From a virus (Duplodnaviria > Heunggongvirae > Uroviricota > Caudoviricetes), in IMG/VR virus record IMGVR_UViG_3300050821_006962, positions 1-27,132 of that record: a DNA stretch of 27,132 nt; one strand, written 5' to 3'. This document shows positions 15,984 to 25,032 of the stretch, one piece after another (the stretch's first letter is position 1; each line of letters starts with the position of its first letter). The notes beneath the pieces are model-generated. The model worked only from the letters and a program-made list of their open reading frames with translations. It ran no database searches and was not told the origin of the DNA. The translations under genes and the position numbers were made by a program.

Positions 15984-16541
15984 TTAAATCTGGAAGTTCT
16001 CTGGCAACTTGCCTGCGTCAGTTCTTGGTGCCGGACCTTGGACGGTCTCAGCGAAACGTTCCGATGATGACGGCTTGTTGCTGCTGTCTTCGCACATTTC
16101 GTACGCTCGACGCCAGCCGATGCCTGTCCAGTTCGGAATCTTGTTTCCGTTGCGAGTCAGGTAATCGTCGGTGTCGCCCGGGAGCCAGCGTGCGCCGCAC
16201 AAATTGCACTTGATGACCTGAGTCCGGTCGGTGAAAATGTGATGAAAGACTGCCGGGTCGCGCTGCTGTCCGCGCTGACGGCCCTTGCCGCCCTTCAAGT
16301 GACGACACGCCTTCTGCGTTTCAATCTTGGAGACCGTGTAATTCTCCGAGTCTCTGCGGCGTGCCTTGTCCTTTGCTGCTAGTGCTATTTCTAGCTGCGC
16401 TTCCTTCTCAGCGATGCGGGCTTCCTTCGCCGCCATAATGCTGAGAAGCTGGAAAAGTCCCTCTTCCGTAACCATCTTGCCTGCCTTAACTCCTACAGCG
16501 GCAAGCGTGGCTTCATTCGATGCTGCATTTGGTCCAGTCAT
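15984..16541 (-). CDS. Hypothetical phage protein with coiled coil and putative Zn site, 185 aa
   Basis: Coiled-coil segment AAKEARIAEKEAQLEIALAAKDK, then CRH...HH...CNLC; SD AAGGG upstream. Confidence 0.8.
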   Translation of the reverse strand: MTGPNAASNEATLAAVGVKAGKMVTEEGLFQLLSIMAAKEARIAEKEAQLEIALAAKDKARRRDSENYTVSKIETQKACRHLKGGKGRQRGQQRDPAVFHHIFTDRTQVIKCNLCGARWLPGDTDDYLTRNGNKIPNWTGIGWRRAYEMCEDSSNKPSSSERFAETVQGPAPRTDAGKLPENFQI

Positions 16542-16656
16542 TTGTACACCCTTGAGGTTGGCTAAACATCTTCAACCGCCCTGTATAGGCCCGGGGTCAG
16601 GCAGATTGAGTAACGTGTCCGGGTAACGTCGTACAGTCCGGCAACACCCGTTACTC
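16542..16656 (-). other. Candidate structured intergenic RNA element
   Basis: Long bulged stem GAGTAACG..TGT..CCGG / CCGG-ACA-CGTTACTC overlapping the stop codon, plus a GGTTG/CAACC stem just before the next SD; no known family recognised. Confidence 0.35.
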
Positions 16657-17346
16657 TTGTCCGAGAGCTTCTTGGTCTTCGAGGTCAACGTAACGTTTGC
16701 CGTTGCGCTTTTCCCAAAGACTGCGGAAGTATCTTGCGGAGATTGCGTTCGGCGATGGTACGCCGAAAATTTTGTGACACTGTGCTTCGGTGATGATTTC
16801 TTTCTCAACCAGCTGGATAGCGACAGTACGCCAGCCGCGCGATTTCTCGCCGTTCGGGATGCCGTGTGAATCTAAAAGGAGCACGCTCCACTCCCACATA
16901 AACGGCACATCGATGTAGCAGACCGGGCGTAGCTTCTTCGGGTTGCTGGGAGGAATACAGAAAAGTCCTACCGTCGGAACGCCGCCGGGACCTTTCCAGC
17001 CGTTGTCAAAGATGGTGGTCTTGATGCCGTTGTCGTTCAGCTTCTTCAAAAAATCTCGTGTTACAGTTCTGTTGACCTTGCGCGCCGCCTCGTTCGTCAG
17101 GTCGGCTTGGTCGTCCCACTTGTATGCGCTCGCCATGTTGTCTGAGATTTCTTTCTCGGCGGCGAACGACTCTTTCACGTATGCGCGATAATCATGCGGC
17201 CACTTCACCCAGTTGGGGGTGCCGCCCGCCAACATCGTTTGAATTGCTTCGTGCGTTGCATCAACATCGTGGCGTTCGTTGAACGGATTCTCCACGTCGG
17301 TGCCCTTGATGAAAGGCTGGCCCGGAACCTGAATCAGACTGCTCAT
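16651..17346 (-). CDS. Hypothetical phage protein downstream of the capsid gene, 231 aa (start moved to 17346)
   Basis: AAAGGACAATACACA-ATG gives MSSLIQVPGQ; the upstream ATG at 17391 lies inside a terminator hairpin. Confidence 0.8.
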   Translation of the reverse strand: MSSLIQVPGQPFIKGTDVENPFNERHDVDATHEAIQTMLAGGTPNWVKWPHDYRAYVKESFAAEKEISDNMASAYKWDDQADLTNEAARKVNRTVTRDFLKKLNDNGIKTTIFDNGWKGPGGVPTVGLFCIPPSNPKKLRPVCYIDVPFMWEWSVLLLDSHGIPNGEKSRGWRTVAIQLVEKEIITEAQCHKIFGVPSPNAISARYFRSLWEKRNGKRYVDLEDQEALGQE

Positions 17347-17368
17347 TGTGTATTGTCCTTTGTATTGG

Positions 17369-17405
17369 AAGAAAGACGAAAGGGGAGGCATCGACCTCCC
17401 CTTTC
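17369..17405 (-). terminator. Rho-independent terminator after the major capsid gene
   Basis: Perfect 11-bp stem GAAAGGGGAGG-TCGATG-CCTCCCCTTTC followed on the minus strand by GTCTTTCTT. Confidence 0.75.
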
Positions 17406-17452
17406 TAGTTGCTTTTCGTAAGCCGGACGCGCTGTGCGCGGCCTTCTGTCGC

Positions 17453-18478
17453 TTACTGAATTGCCGGAACGCTGTCGATGTAGCGAATACGCTGCGTGTT
17501 GACGCCAGTTGCTGGCGGCAAAGTCACTGTTTGGTGGAACTTGTATGAGCACCATCCGCCAATCGTCGAGACTGGGTCGAACGAGCTGGCCGGAGCGTCA
17601 GTTACAACGCGGCAGTCAATCGTCTTCCAATCGCCTTCGTCAAGGTCGGTGTCGCCCGGAACTTCCAACCACACACCAATCATCGCGTAATTGCCGAAGA
17701 CGTAGGTGCGGTAACCAATCTTGCCGCTGCCGTTGTAGTTAGCGGTGGTGGTTACGAATGGGGTCTGCATGAAGCCGATGTTCGTGCCCGGTAGGACAAT
17801 GACCTTGTTCTGGTCGCTGCCTGCCATTGCGTCGAACTTCTCCATGTTCTCGTACTTCCACAAATCCGCGATGCTGTTGTTCACAGTCGTGGCGTTGTAG
17901 ATGTCGCCCAACACGTTCGAGCTGATTGCGCCCAAGAACATTCCACGCTTGCAAGGCAACACGTTCTTCGAAACAAGCTGCTGCTTCAATTCACGGATGG
18001 TGCCCAAGTCAAGGGTGTACGGAGATGCTAGCAACGAAGACTGGTTGACGTTTGCGTCAACGCCGCTTGCGCTGTCAGCTACCGCGCTGTACAACTCGCT
18101 AATCGACTGTCCGGCTTGGTAGCCCAACTCGACTGCGCTGTTGCCGACCAACTCGTCGATAGCTGCCGCGATTGCGAAGCTCGAAAAGTTGGAATAGTTG
18201 TTCCACTCGCCAATCTGTGCTGGCGATGACAACTGGGTGATGGTCTCCGGGTTGCCCACGGTACCGTCAGAATTCTGCACAACGTCGCCCGAAAGCGTGT
18301 TGTACTGGAAAAACGTACGGTTCACGCCCATGTGGAGACCCTGTACACGGCGTTCAGCCGCGCCAACGAATGCGTTGGTGTTGCCCTTCAAGTTCGGAAT
18401 CAATTCCTTATCGAAAATGATTGCCTGAGCCGTTAGGACGTTTGCTACGTTTGATGCACTTGGATTTGGACCACTCAT
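17453..18478 (-). CDS. Major capsid protein (HK97 fold, N4-gp56 family-like), 341 aa
   Basis: Follows the scaffold gene and is followed by a strong terminator. Motifs GVNRTFFQYNTL, AQIGEWNNY, LGYQAGQS and DPVSTIGGWCSYK resemble the N4-gp56 family pattern as recalled. Confidence 0.85.
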   Translation of the reverse strand: MSGPNPSASNVANVLTAQAIIFDKELIPNLKGNTNAFVGAAERRVQGLHMGVNRTFFQYNTLSGDVVQNSDGTVGNPETITQLSSPAQIGEWNNYSNFSSFAIAAAIDELVGNSAVELGYQAGQSISELYSAVADSASGVDANVNQSSLLASPYTLDLGTIRELKQQLVSKNVLPCKRGMFLGAISSNVLGDIYNATTVNNSIADLWKYENMEKFDAMAGSDQNKVIVLPGTNIGFMQTPFVTTTANYNGSGKIGYRTYVFGNYAMIGVWLEVPGDTDLDEGDWKTIDCRVVTDAPASSFDPVSTIGGWCSYKFHQTVTLPPATGVNTQRIRYIDSVPAIQ

Positions 18479-18525
18479 GGTGGTTTACTCTGGTCTGCGT
18501 GCTCCACGTCTCTGCGTGGGGAATC

Positions 18526-19809
18526 TTACTGGACTTTGATGCCGTAGCTTGCAAGCTGTTTAACGAACTGAGGGTCGTTATTCTTCTTGCGCTTTATTTC
18601 TTCGGCGCTCATCTTTTTCAGATTCTGCATAAATTCTTTTCTCGCGAGTGCTGGGTCTGGCGTTCCCGGACGTTGTGCGCTCAACGAACCCGGAGGCAAG
18701 CTCCCGTTCACTCCCGGACGACGGGCCGCTGGTTGCACATTAGGTGCGGCGGCAGACGACGTTACCGTTGCTTCAACCGCAGGCTGACTAGGCGCTGCTG
18801 GCTGGGCTGGTGCTGCTGATGCTGGCACTGCGGCTGACGATTCCGCGACCGGGATTGCCGGGGCTGCGGGCGTAGTCGAAGCGGTGGACAAGACCGGATT
18901 AGCGGTCTCGCTCACAGGTGTTGTTATGCTCGTCGACGATGCGACTGGCACAAGTTGGTCCCCTTGTTCCTTGAGGTCTTGAAAAGCAATCTCTAGGTTG
19001 TCGAGGGTAAATTCAAGATTGTGTTCTACAAAGTACTCGGCCATTGCTTTCTTATTGGCCTCGCACGGGTTGTAATCGTGCAGATGCTGGCGCATGAAAT
19101 GATTCGAAATTGCGCGGCCTTCTTCACGTAGCTCCTTCTTTCGGAGTTCCTGCTCTCGCGTCTGATACGCGCTCTCGATGGTCGCCTTAATAACGTCAGC
19201 GGCCTTCGCCGGGTCTTTCTCTTCCACAGCGACCTTCGCTGCTTCCGAGATTTGCTCCGGAGTTAAAATTGTTTTCTCTGCCTTCTGAGTCAGCTTCTGT
19301 CTCTTCAGACGATGGAAGGCGCGCGTCGCCTGCGTATGAACTTCCCGCTGCTTCGCCATCAGCTCCGGGAGCGTGGCGGCAGAAAGATTCGTCGGACGTC
19401 CAATCGTGGTTCCGTCCTCATCTGCGACTTGATAAATCTGGCTGTATCGAGTTGGCTTACCGCTCGCATCTCGCGTCACGGTCACGCCGACCTTTTTCAA
19501 CTCTGCATCTTCCGCTTCATGTGGATTAACCACGACCGCCGGGACAGGCGGCACCTCGGCAGGCACGATTGGCGCTGCGGCCATCGCCTCTGCTTCCGCT
19601 GCCAATGCCTCGGTCGAGGGCGGGACAACGCGATTCAACTGTGCGTCGACTTCTGCTTCCCGACTCTGGGCCTCTGCCATCAGCTCTGATGCCCGAACCG
19701 CGAGAAGGCGAAGTGATGCCTTATCCGCCACAACAGCCGGGTCATTCATGGCTTTCCCGATTGATTTCAAATCCATTTGTAACACTTGCTCTTGAGTGAT
19801 TGAACTCAT
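18526..19809 (-). CDS. Capsid scaffolding protein, 427 aa
   Basis: Lies just upstream of the capsid gene; acidic helical core, long Pro/Ala/Thr linker and a short basic C-terminal helix (RKEFMQNLKKMSAEEIKRKK). Confidence 0.7.
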   Translation of the reverse strand: MSSITQEQVLQMDLKSIGKAMNDPAVVADKASLRLLAVRASELMAEAQSREAEVDAQLNRVVPPSTEALAAEAEAMAAAPIVPAEVPPVPAVVVNPHEAEDAELKKVGVTVTRDASGKPTRYSQIYQVADEDGTTIGRPTNLSAATLPELMAKQREVHTQATRAFHRLKRQKLTQKAEKTILTPEQISEAAKVAVEEKDPAKAADVIKATIESAYQTREQELRKKELREEGRAISNHFMRQHLHDYNPCEANKKAMAEYFVEHNLEFTLDNLEIAFQDLKEQGDQLVPVASSTSITTPVSETANPVLSTASTTPAAPAIPVAESSAAVPASAAPAQPAAPSQPAVEATVTSSAAAPNVQPAARRPGVNGSLPPGSLSAQRPGTPDPALARKEFMQNLKKMSAEEIKRKKNNDPQFVKQLASYGIKVQ

Positions 19810-19818
19810 TGTATGTCC

Positions 19819-20205
19819 TTATTGATTCGACTTCGTTCCCTCGACGGGAGATTTTGGCATCGGCATCTGAAAACGATTCTTTGGGTCCGCTGCTACCAAA
19901 GAAGGATTCTCGCGCTGCTGTGCCTCTTGTACTGCTGCTCGCTGATGGACCTTGACGGAGTCAAGGACTTCAGCAGAAAATTTGTTCATGGCATGGGCGG
20001 TGGTCTGCAATCCGGTAAGCACTTCCGCATAACGCTCGGTGGTTGGCTTCAGCTTGATGACTTCCTCGGTCGCGTTGCGGCAAGCCTCTGCCATCAAGCG
20101 TACCAAGATTTTCCATCCCGGCTGATTCACGAGCTGCGCGAGCCCGATGCGCTCATCGTATGAGAGCCCATAACCCAACAATTTGCGACCTTCTGATTCT
20201 GCCAT
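19819..20205 (-). CDS. Small conserved-position head gene between portal and scaffold (Bbp19-like position), 128 aa
   Basis: Helical ORF with LVNQPGWKILVRLM and SD AAGGA; synteny only. Confidence 0.7.
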   Translation of the reverse strand: MAESEGRKLLGYGLSYDERIGLAQLVNQPGWKILVRLMAEACRNATEEVIKLKPTTERYAEVLTGLQTTAHAMNKFSAEVLDSVKVHQRAAVQEAQQRENPSLVAADPKNRFQMPMPKSPVEGTKSNQ

Positions 20206-20236
20206 TTTTATTCCTTCACCCTTTCAGGTATTGTGA

Positions 20237-20261
20237 GGAGGGCGACCGGAGTCGCCCATCC
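20237..20261 (-). other. GC-rich hairpin immediately after the portal stop, no U-tract
   Basis: Minus strand GGA-T-GGGCGAC-TCCG-GTCGCCC-TCC. Confidence 0.6.
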
Positions 20262-22370
20262 TTATAGTGCCGTTGTTGAACCGAAGCCTTGCGTCTGGTC
20301 CGGCCCGCCCGAGAGTTCCGGGCTGGTTGATTTCTCGATAGAAGAGCGGAAGGCTTCATTGCCCGCCTTGCCGAGCTGCTTCTGGTTTTCGAGCGTCTGT
20401 TCCTGTTCGAACTTCGCCTGCTGCTGCTGCTGTGCTGCCTTCGCCTGCGCTTGCTGCATCGCCGCTGGGCTGTTCGCCTGATGACGCTGCTTCTCATCGT
20501 CCGTCATTTCGCGTAGGAAGGCCTGACTGAACTTCCAGCCTGCTGCGTCCACGAACGCTTGGAAGATGGCGACCGCGTCGAACTGATATCCGGCGTCATT
20601 TGCGTTTGCAACGAAGACCGGGTTGTTCAACAGCTGAATCATGATTGGGAGAGCCTGCGCCATTTCCTTCTTGGCACCGAGGTTTGCTCCCGCTAGAACT
20701 TCGTACTCGACCTTCGCATTGCGATACTGGATGTGGTCGACCTTGAAGTCGTTGCCAATCTTCTCGCCGAGGATGTCCTTGATGACCGAAGTCGGCAACA
20801 GGTCGTTGTCGAGGTCGTCCATTTGAAAGAGCCACGGTTCGAAAACCTGACGAACGAATCGTCCGGTCGGTCCATCGAGTCGGCTTGCGTTCGCTTGTAC
20901 GACCGCTGCCGCTCCGGTTCCGCTTCTCATGCCTGTCGTGCTGATGCCTGCGTGTCCCGCGCCTTGAACGACCTGCTCGTTCGCGCCCGAGGTAGCTGCA
21001 CCCGCTGACTGCGACTGCTGGATGAATGCGAATGCCTCTTGAGGAGGTGTCGGCATTTGTAGGAACTTAAAAGCTTTTTCGACGTCTTCTTCAACGTCGA
21101 TGATTCCGCCCTGCTCCCAGCGCGTATTCTGCGTCGGGGCATTGTAGCCTTTCTTACGAAGCGCTACGGGTTGCAAACAGTAGGCAAGCAGGTCAAGCGC
21201 AAGGTTCGTTACACCCTGCTCAACAATCTGCTCGCTGCCGATTAGCAGGCCGAGTCCCTGACCGTAGAACGAATCCGGGATATTGCGCCAGTTCGCCGAA
21301 TAGAAAGGAATCTTTCCGTAAGGGTTGGCTTCATTGCGAATCAAAATATTGTGGCCGTTGTAGATGAGCACAACGATAACTTTTTCGTTGTCCCAACGCT
21401 CCAAAATTTCGAGCGGGGCTCTGTTTGGGTCGGCGCTGGTCTTGTACGAGCGTGGCTTCGAGTGCTGCAAGTAGCCCATCATCCCTTCCGGGATGGTCAT
21501 CGTAATATTGTCCGGCCCCGGCGAGGTCGACTTCATGAACATCTGGCGAAGAATTTCCTCGCTCGGAATGTTATAGCCCTCAACGCCGCGCAGACGCTCT
21601 AAATCTTGGTACGTCGCGTAATCGCGCCAAACAACCCACTTCGCTGTGCGAATGTCGCCTACACGGCATCCCGGGTCAACAAGAACCGTACGGATGTCGC
21701 AGTACTTAATCCACGGATGAGAGACGGTCTTCTTGTAAAACTCAATCTCGAAGTCGTCCGAATCCGGCGTGTCAATCGGAGCAGTCGTGAGACCTTCCGG
21801 CACTTGAACCTTGGGCGCGTAGCGCTTGTACTTCTTCTCGGTCTTCTCGTATTCCGCGTATCCCCACTTCCAGATTGCGGTGCCGAGAAGGGCCATCTGC
21901 TCTAGCCCGCGCTCAACCTCTTCCTCAAAGCGCATGGCCTTGAGCTGGAAGGTAAACATCGCAGTCTTCGCTTGAATCACTTCCGGCGTGGTGCCCGGAC
22001 TTGGACGAAGCAGGAAACAAGGGTCTTCGTAGAAGATGCCGCCCATAATCTTCGGGACAATCGAACTGATGTGGTTCGAGACCATGAACTTCGGAACCGA
22101 CGACGTTGCTACGTCCGTCCCGTTGTTCGCGCTGTCCGTAGACATCGGCGACTGGTACAGCAAGTCGGACATCGTCCAACCGCTGGCCCACTGGTTGATG
22201 TTAAGAAAGTTATCTGCTAGCTCGGTATCATCAAGAACGAGTTTAATCGCAGCGGTATCGTTGAACTGCACGGTCCCAGTGTCGGAGTCGATGTGAGTAT
22301 TCTCCATCGTAATCTCTTCGGCTGGTTCTTGTGCCAAATTTTGTATTGCTACGTCGATATCGCTCATCAT
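20262..22370 (-). CDS. Portal protein (P22-like podoviral type), 702 aa
   Basis: Follows terminase; contains PYGKIPFYS..IPDSFYGQGL, AAMEQMALLGTAIWKWG-like stem segments (EQMALLGTAIWKWG) and a Gln-rich C-terminal tail (AAMQQAQAKAAQQQQQ). Confidence 0.9.
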   Translation of the reverse strand: MMSDIDVAIQNLAQEPAEEITMENTHIDSDTGTVQFNDTAAIKLVLDDTELADNFLNINQWASGWTMSDLLYQSPMSTDSANNGTDVATSSVPKFMVSNHISSIVPKIMGGIFYEDPCFLLRPSPGTTPEVIQAKTAMFTFQLKAMRFEEEVERGLEQMALLGTAIWKWGYAEYEKTEKKYKRYAPKVQVPEGLTTAPIDTPDSDDFEIEFYKKTVSHPWIKYCDIRTVLVDPGCRVGDIRTAKWVVWRDYATYQDLERLRGVEGYNIPSEEILRQMFMKSTSPGPDNITMTIPEGMMGYLQHSKPRSYKTSADPNRAPLEILERWDNEKVIVVLIYNGHNILIRNEANPYGKIPFYSANWRNIPDSFYGQGLGLLIGSEQIVEQGVTNLALDLLAYCLQPVALRKKGYNAPTQNTRWEQGGIIDVEEDVEKAFKFLQMPTPPQEAFAFIQQSQSAGAATSGANEQVVQGAGHAGISTTGMRSGTGAAAVVQANASRLDGPTGRFVRQVFEPWLFQMDDLDNDLLPTSVIKDILGEKIGNDFKVDHIQYRNAKVEYEVLAGANLGAKKEMAQALPIMIQLLNNPVFVANANDAGYQFDAVAIFQAFVDAAGWKFSQAFLREMTDDEKQRHQANSPAAMQQAQAKAAQQQQQAKFEQEQTLENQKQLGKAGNEAFRSSIEKSTSPELSGGPDQTQGFGSTTAL

Positions 22371-22435
22371 CTGTCCTTGACATTACGTGCCGCCGATTAA
22401 GGCGTCTTCGTGTGCCCCGGCGCGGGGCTGTCTAG

Positions 22436-24748
22436 TTATAAGCGCCAAGGCCCTTTATTGCCGAATATAATCATTCGAGGGTCTAGCGGCTTTGTTGGTT
22501 CCGGTTCTTCCGGTTCCGGTGGTTTCGTTGCATCACCCCGTTCGCCGCGTAGATATTGTTTCCACGTTGGCGCGTGAATCGTAGGGGCCAAATCTTTTGT
22601 CTGACTGTGAGGCGTGCCGGAGAACATTGCGTCATGACGCATTCTCGTGATGCGGCGTCTCTCTGCTTTCTCTTCGTCTTCCGCTTTCTGACCTTCTTCT
22701 TCCGGGGTCAGTCTAGCTCGAATGAACATCTCCGGTGGGAGAGTTCGAGAAGCTTGAGAGATGGCATCCGGTATATCGTCCTTACGGCCCTTCTTAGTCT
22801 CACCAGTGAATCTTTCGAACTGCTTATACAACTCGTCGTTCCACGGGCCGGACACAAAGTGAAGGCGGTCATCGGCAATTAAGACTTCCAGCGTTTTAAT
22901 GCGATTTGTTTTCTCGTTCGCCGTATTTCCTGTTGGCACTTTTATGATGCCATTCAAAACTTGCAAACAGTTGTATTTCATCGCATACGAATGAACCACG
23001 GCCATTAGAAGGTCAATCCCGTTACACGCTTCTATAAACGTTCGACGCGGCTTATGCTGTCTCAAAAATCGGACAAAATGGTCCGCAAGGTCCGTCGCTC
23101 TCCACTTATCAAAATCTATATCGAGAACAACGAGTTCTTCAGTTCCGTCCTCGCGAGTGTGTCGAAGAATGGCAGCTAGTACACAATAATCAGACCCTCT
23201 GTTATCCGTATAGGCCCAATCAACAACTACAATTACTTCTCCTGTTGTTGGAGCGGCTGTGCGCGCGTAAGTCTTCTGACGCAAAGTCTCTCTATCGAAG
23301 TGGGTTATTAAATCGGTAACTTCGAGCGGGTCTGTTGCGATGTTCAAATACTGGTTTTTGAAACCGCGCTCTTTGTATTCCTTCATCTTGGTACGAAGCG
23401 CTTTCCAAGTGTGCTTATAAGGAAACCACAAATCAACCATATCCTCGGTAACTTCAAAAAGTCCTTTCGGCTTCTCTAAAAGTTGGTCATAAAGGACTCG
23501 AAATTCAGGTTTCGGGGTCCAACAAGCGAGGCATAGATACTTGAATGATTCCACTGTGTCTGCATCTTCGTCTTCCGGTATAGCGCCCATGCGCCAGCCG
23601 TACCAGTCTGTCGTAAAATACCGAGTACCGATAATATCCGTGAATCCCCACGATTCAATGATTGCGTTAGTTGATTTAATCTTCTCTTTCAGCTTCGCTC
23701 GAAGTTCTTCATCAGCTGAGTTCTTGTCTTCGACGGCGTCATCTAGTTTTCTGATGTCGCAACGTTGACCAACGAAGTTCGAGTCTAGCGACGTAATCCA
23801 GACGTGGTCTTCTTTGATTTCGCATATATGAGCGGGGCACGTAATTGCTTGTTCCGAGCGGCCATCGACGCCCGTCAAAATATACTCAGGGAAGAGCATC
23901 TGAAATGCAGACGGTTTTCCACGAGAAGGCAAATAAAAATACTGCTTAATTTCGCCCATCAACTGAGTAGACAGTCTCTTAACCGATGTCATTATCATGA
24001 TACGAATGTCCGGGCAGTTCAACATCCACTGCACCGCATCCAATCCATCGATTGTTGATTTATATCCAGAACGAGGAGCGAGCAAAATTAGTGTGCGAGT
24101 CTCTGAGCCATCAGTAGCAAAACGTTTCTGCTTCCCAATCATCTCGTGGATATCATCGATAGTGCAATCAGGGAAGTACAAACCGTCAAAGTTCTTTTGA
24201 ACGAACGCGTCACAAATTATCTGATGTGTGCAATGAAACAAGCCCATACCTAGTAAACGGCCAAGCCAGAACAAATCTTTGCGCGCTTTGTCGCGCAGGT
24301 CCAGCCAATCACGAAACGAGACTACCCGGTCAACCTCGTAAGTCTTTCTGTGCTCGGTGTTGTCCGGCTCAATATTCTCGCCGCCGATTCTAATAGCACG
24401 AATCACGATTTTTTGAGCAGCTGGTATTGGGAAGTTATTCTTCTTCTTCCCCGTCTTAGCATCGATAATATCTGGGTCTTCTTCGCCCACGATGGTAGGC
24501 GCGGCACCCTCATAAATAGCAAGCAATGAGACTGCGCTGCGGCACTCGCTCTTATAAAAGGTTTCGCCCGCATCTAGCTCGTGTGCCCAAGCGAGGTTCT
24601 CCGCGTGCTCTTTAAGCCGAAGACCCTTCTCTTCTTCCTCTGCAACAACATCAGTTACCGGATACGGCTCCGGCATTCCCTTATCGCGGGCGCGCTTGTT
24701 CGCCTGTCTACGACGGGCTGCCTCTTTCGCTTGTTCTGATGTTGCCAT
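22436..24748 (-). CDS. terL: Terminase large subunit, 770 aa
   Basis: Walker A region LILLAPRSGYKST, Walker B IRKLDDAVED, and RNase H-like nuclease motifs VVVDWAY, FIEACNG and KDDIPDAIS. Confidence 0.92.
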   Translation of the reverse strand: MATSEQAKEAARRRQANKRARDKGMPEPYPVTDVVAEEEEKGLRLKEHAENLAWAHELDAGETFYKSECRSAVSLLAIYEGAAPTIVGEEDPDIIDAKTGKKKNNFPIPAAQKIVIRAIRIGGENIEPDNTEHRKTYEVDRVVSFRDWLDLRDKARKDLFWLGRLLGMGLFHCTHQIICDAFVQKNFDGLYFPDCTIDDIHEMIGKQKRFATDGSETRTLILLAPRSGYKSTIDGLDAVQWMLNCPDIRIMIMTSVKRLSTQLMGEIKQYFYLPSRGKPSAFQMLFPEYILTGVDGRSEQAITCPAHICEIKEDHVWITSLDSNFVGQRCDIRKLDDAVEDKNSADEELRAKLKEKIKSTNAIIESWGFTDIIGTRYFTTDWYGWRMGAIPEDEDADTVESFKYLCLACWTPKPEFRVLYDQLLEKPKGLFEVTEDMVDLWFPYKHTWKALRTKMKEYKERGFKNQYLNIATDPLEVTDLITHFDRETLRQKTYARTAAPTTGEVIVVVDWAYTDNRGSDYCVLAAILRHTREDGTEELVVLDIDFDKWRATDLADHFVRFLRQHKPRRTFIEACNGIDLLMAVVHSYAMKYNCLQVLNGIIKVPTGNTANEKTNRIKTLEVLIADDRLHFVSGPWNDELYKQFERFTGETKKGRKDDIPDAISQASRTLPPEMFIRARLTPEEEGQKAEDEEKAERRRITRMRHDAMFSGTPHSQTKDLAPTIHAPTWKQYLRGERGDATKPPEPEEPEPTKPLDPRMIIFGNKGPWRL

Positions 24749-24762
24749 GAGTCCTCATTGGA

Positions 24763-25020
24763 TTACTGATTAAGTGCCTTCACTGCATTGTCGTGCGATT
24801 CGTTTGCTGCCTTCAATTCCGGGCCTTGGTCGGCCTTGACTCCCATGAAGCTTTCTCCGCCCGGGCGTGCCGCGCGTGCGTGGGAGTAATCCGATGGCGG
24901 CGTTGACTTGCTTAAACCGGAGTGACCTGACTTCGTGCCGACGCTTGAGTTATTGGCGTTGTCGAGAGCCTTGTGTGCGCTCGCGAGCGCTGCGTTTGCT
25001 TGTGAAATTCCGTCTGCCAT
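24763..25020 (-). CDS. Small Ala/Ser-rich hypothetical protein, 85 aa
   Basis: SD GAGGG then AAT-ATG; TAA stop; fills the gap before terL. Confidence 0.7.
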   Translation of the reverse strand: MADGISQANAALASAHKALDNANNSSVGTKSGHSGLSKSTPPSDYSHARAARPGGESFMGVKADQGPELKAANESHDNAVKALNQ

Positions 25021-25032
25021 ATTCCCTCTCGA

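Noticed and set aside
17347-17391. Track start at 17391 for the 246-aa ORF; likewise the track starts at 13411 and 25527
   Set aside because: 17391 lies in a terminator loop, and better SD-linked or coupled ATGs exist at 17346, 13396 and 25494.
22436-24748. Intein or intron explaining the long terminase
   Set aside because: No C/S...HN-C/S/T splice motifs or LAGLIDADG/HNH motifs; the extra length is at the termini and the frame is uninterrupted.
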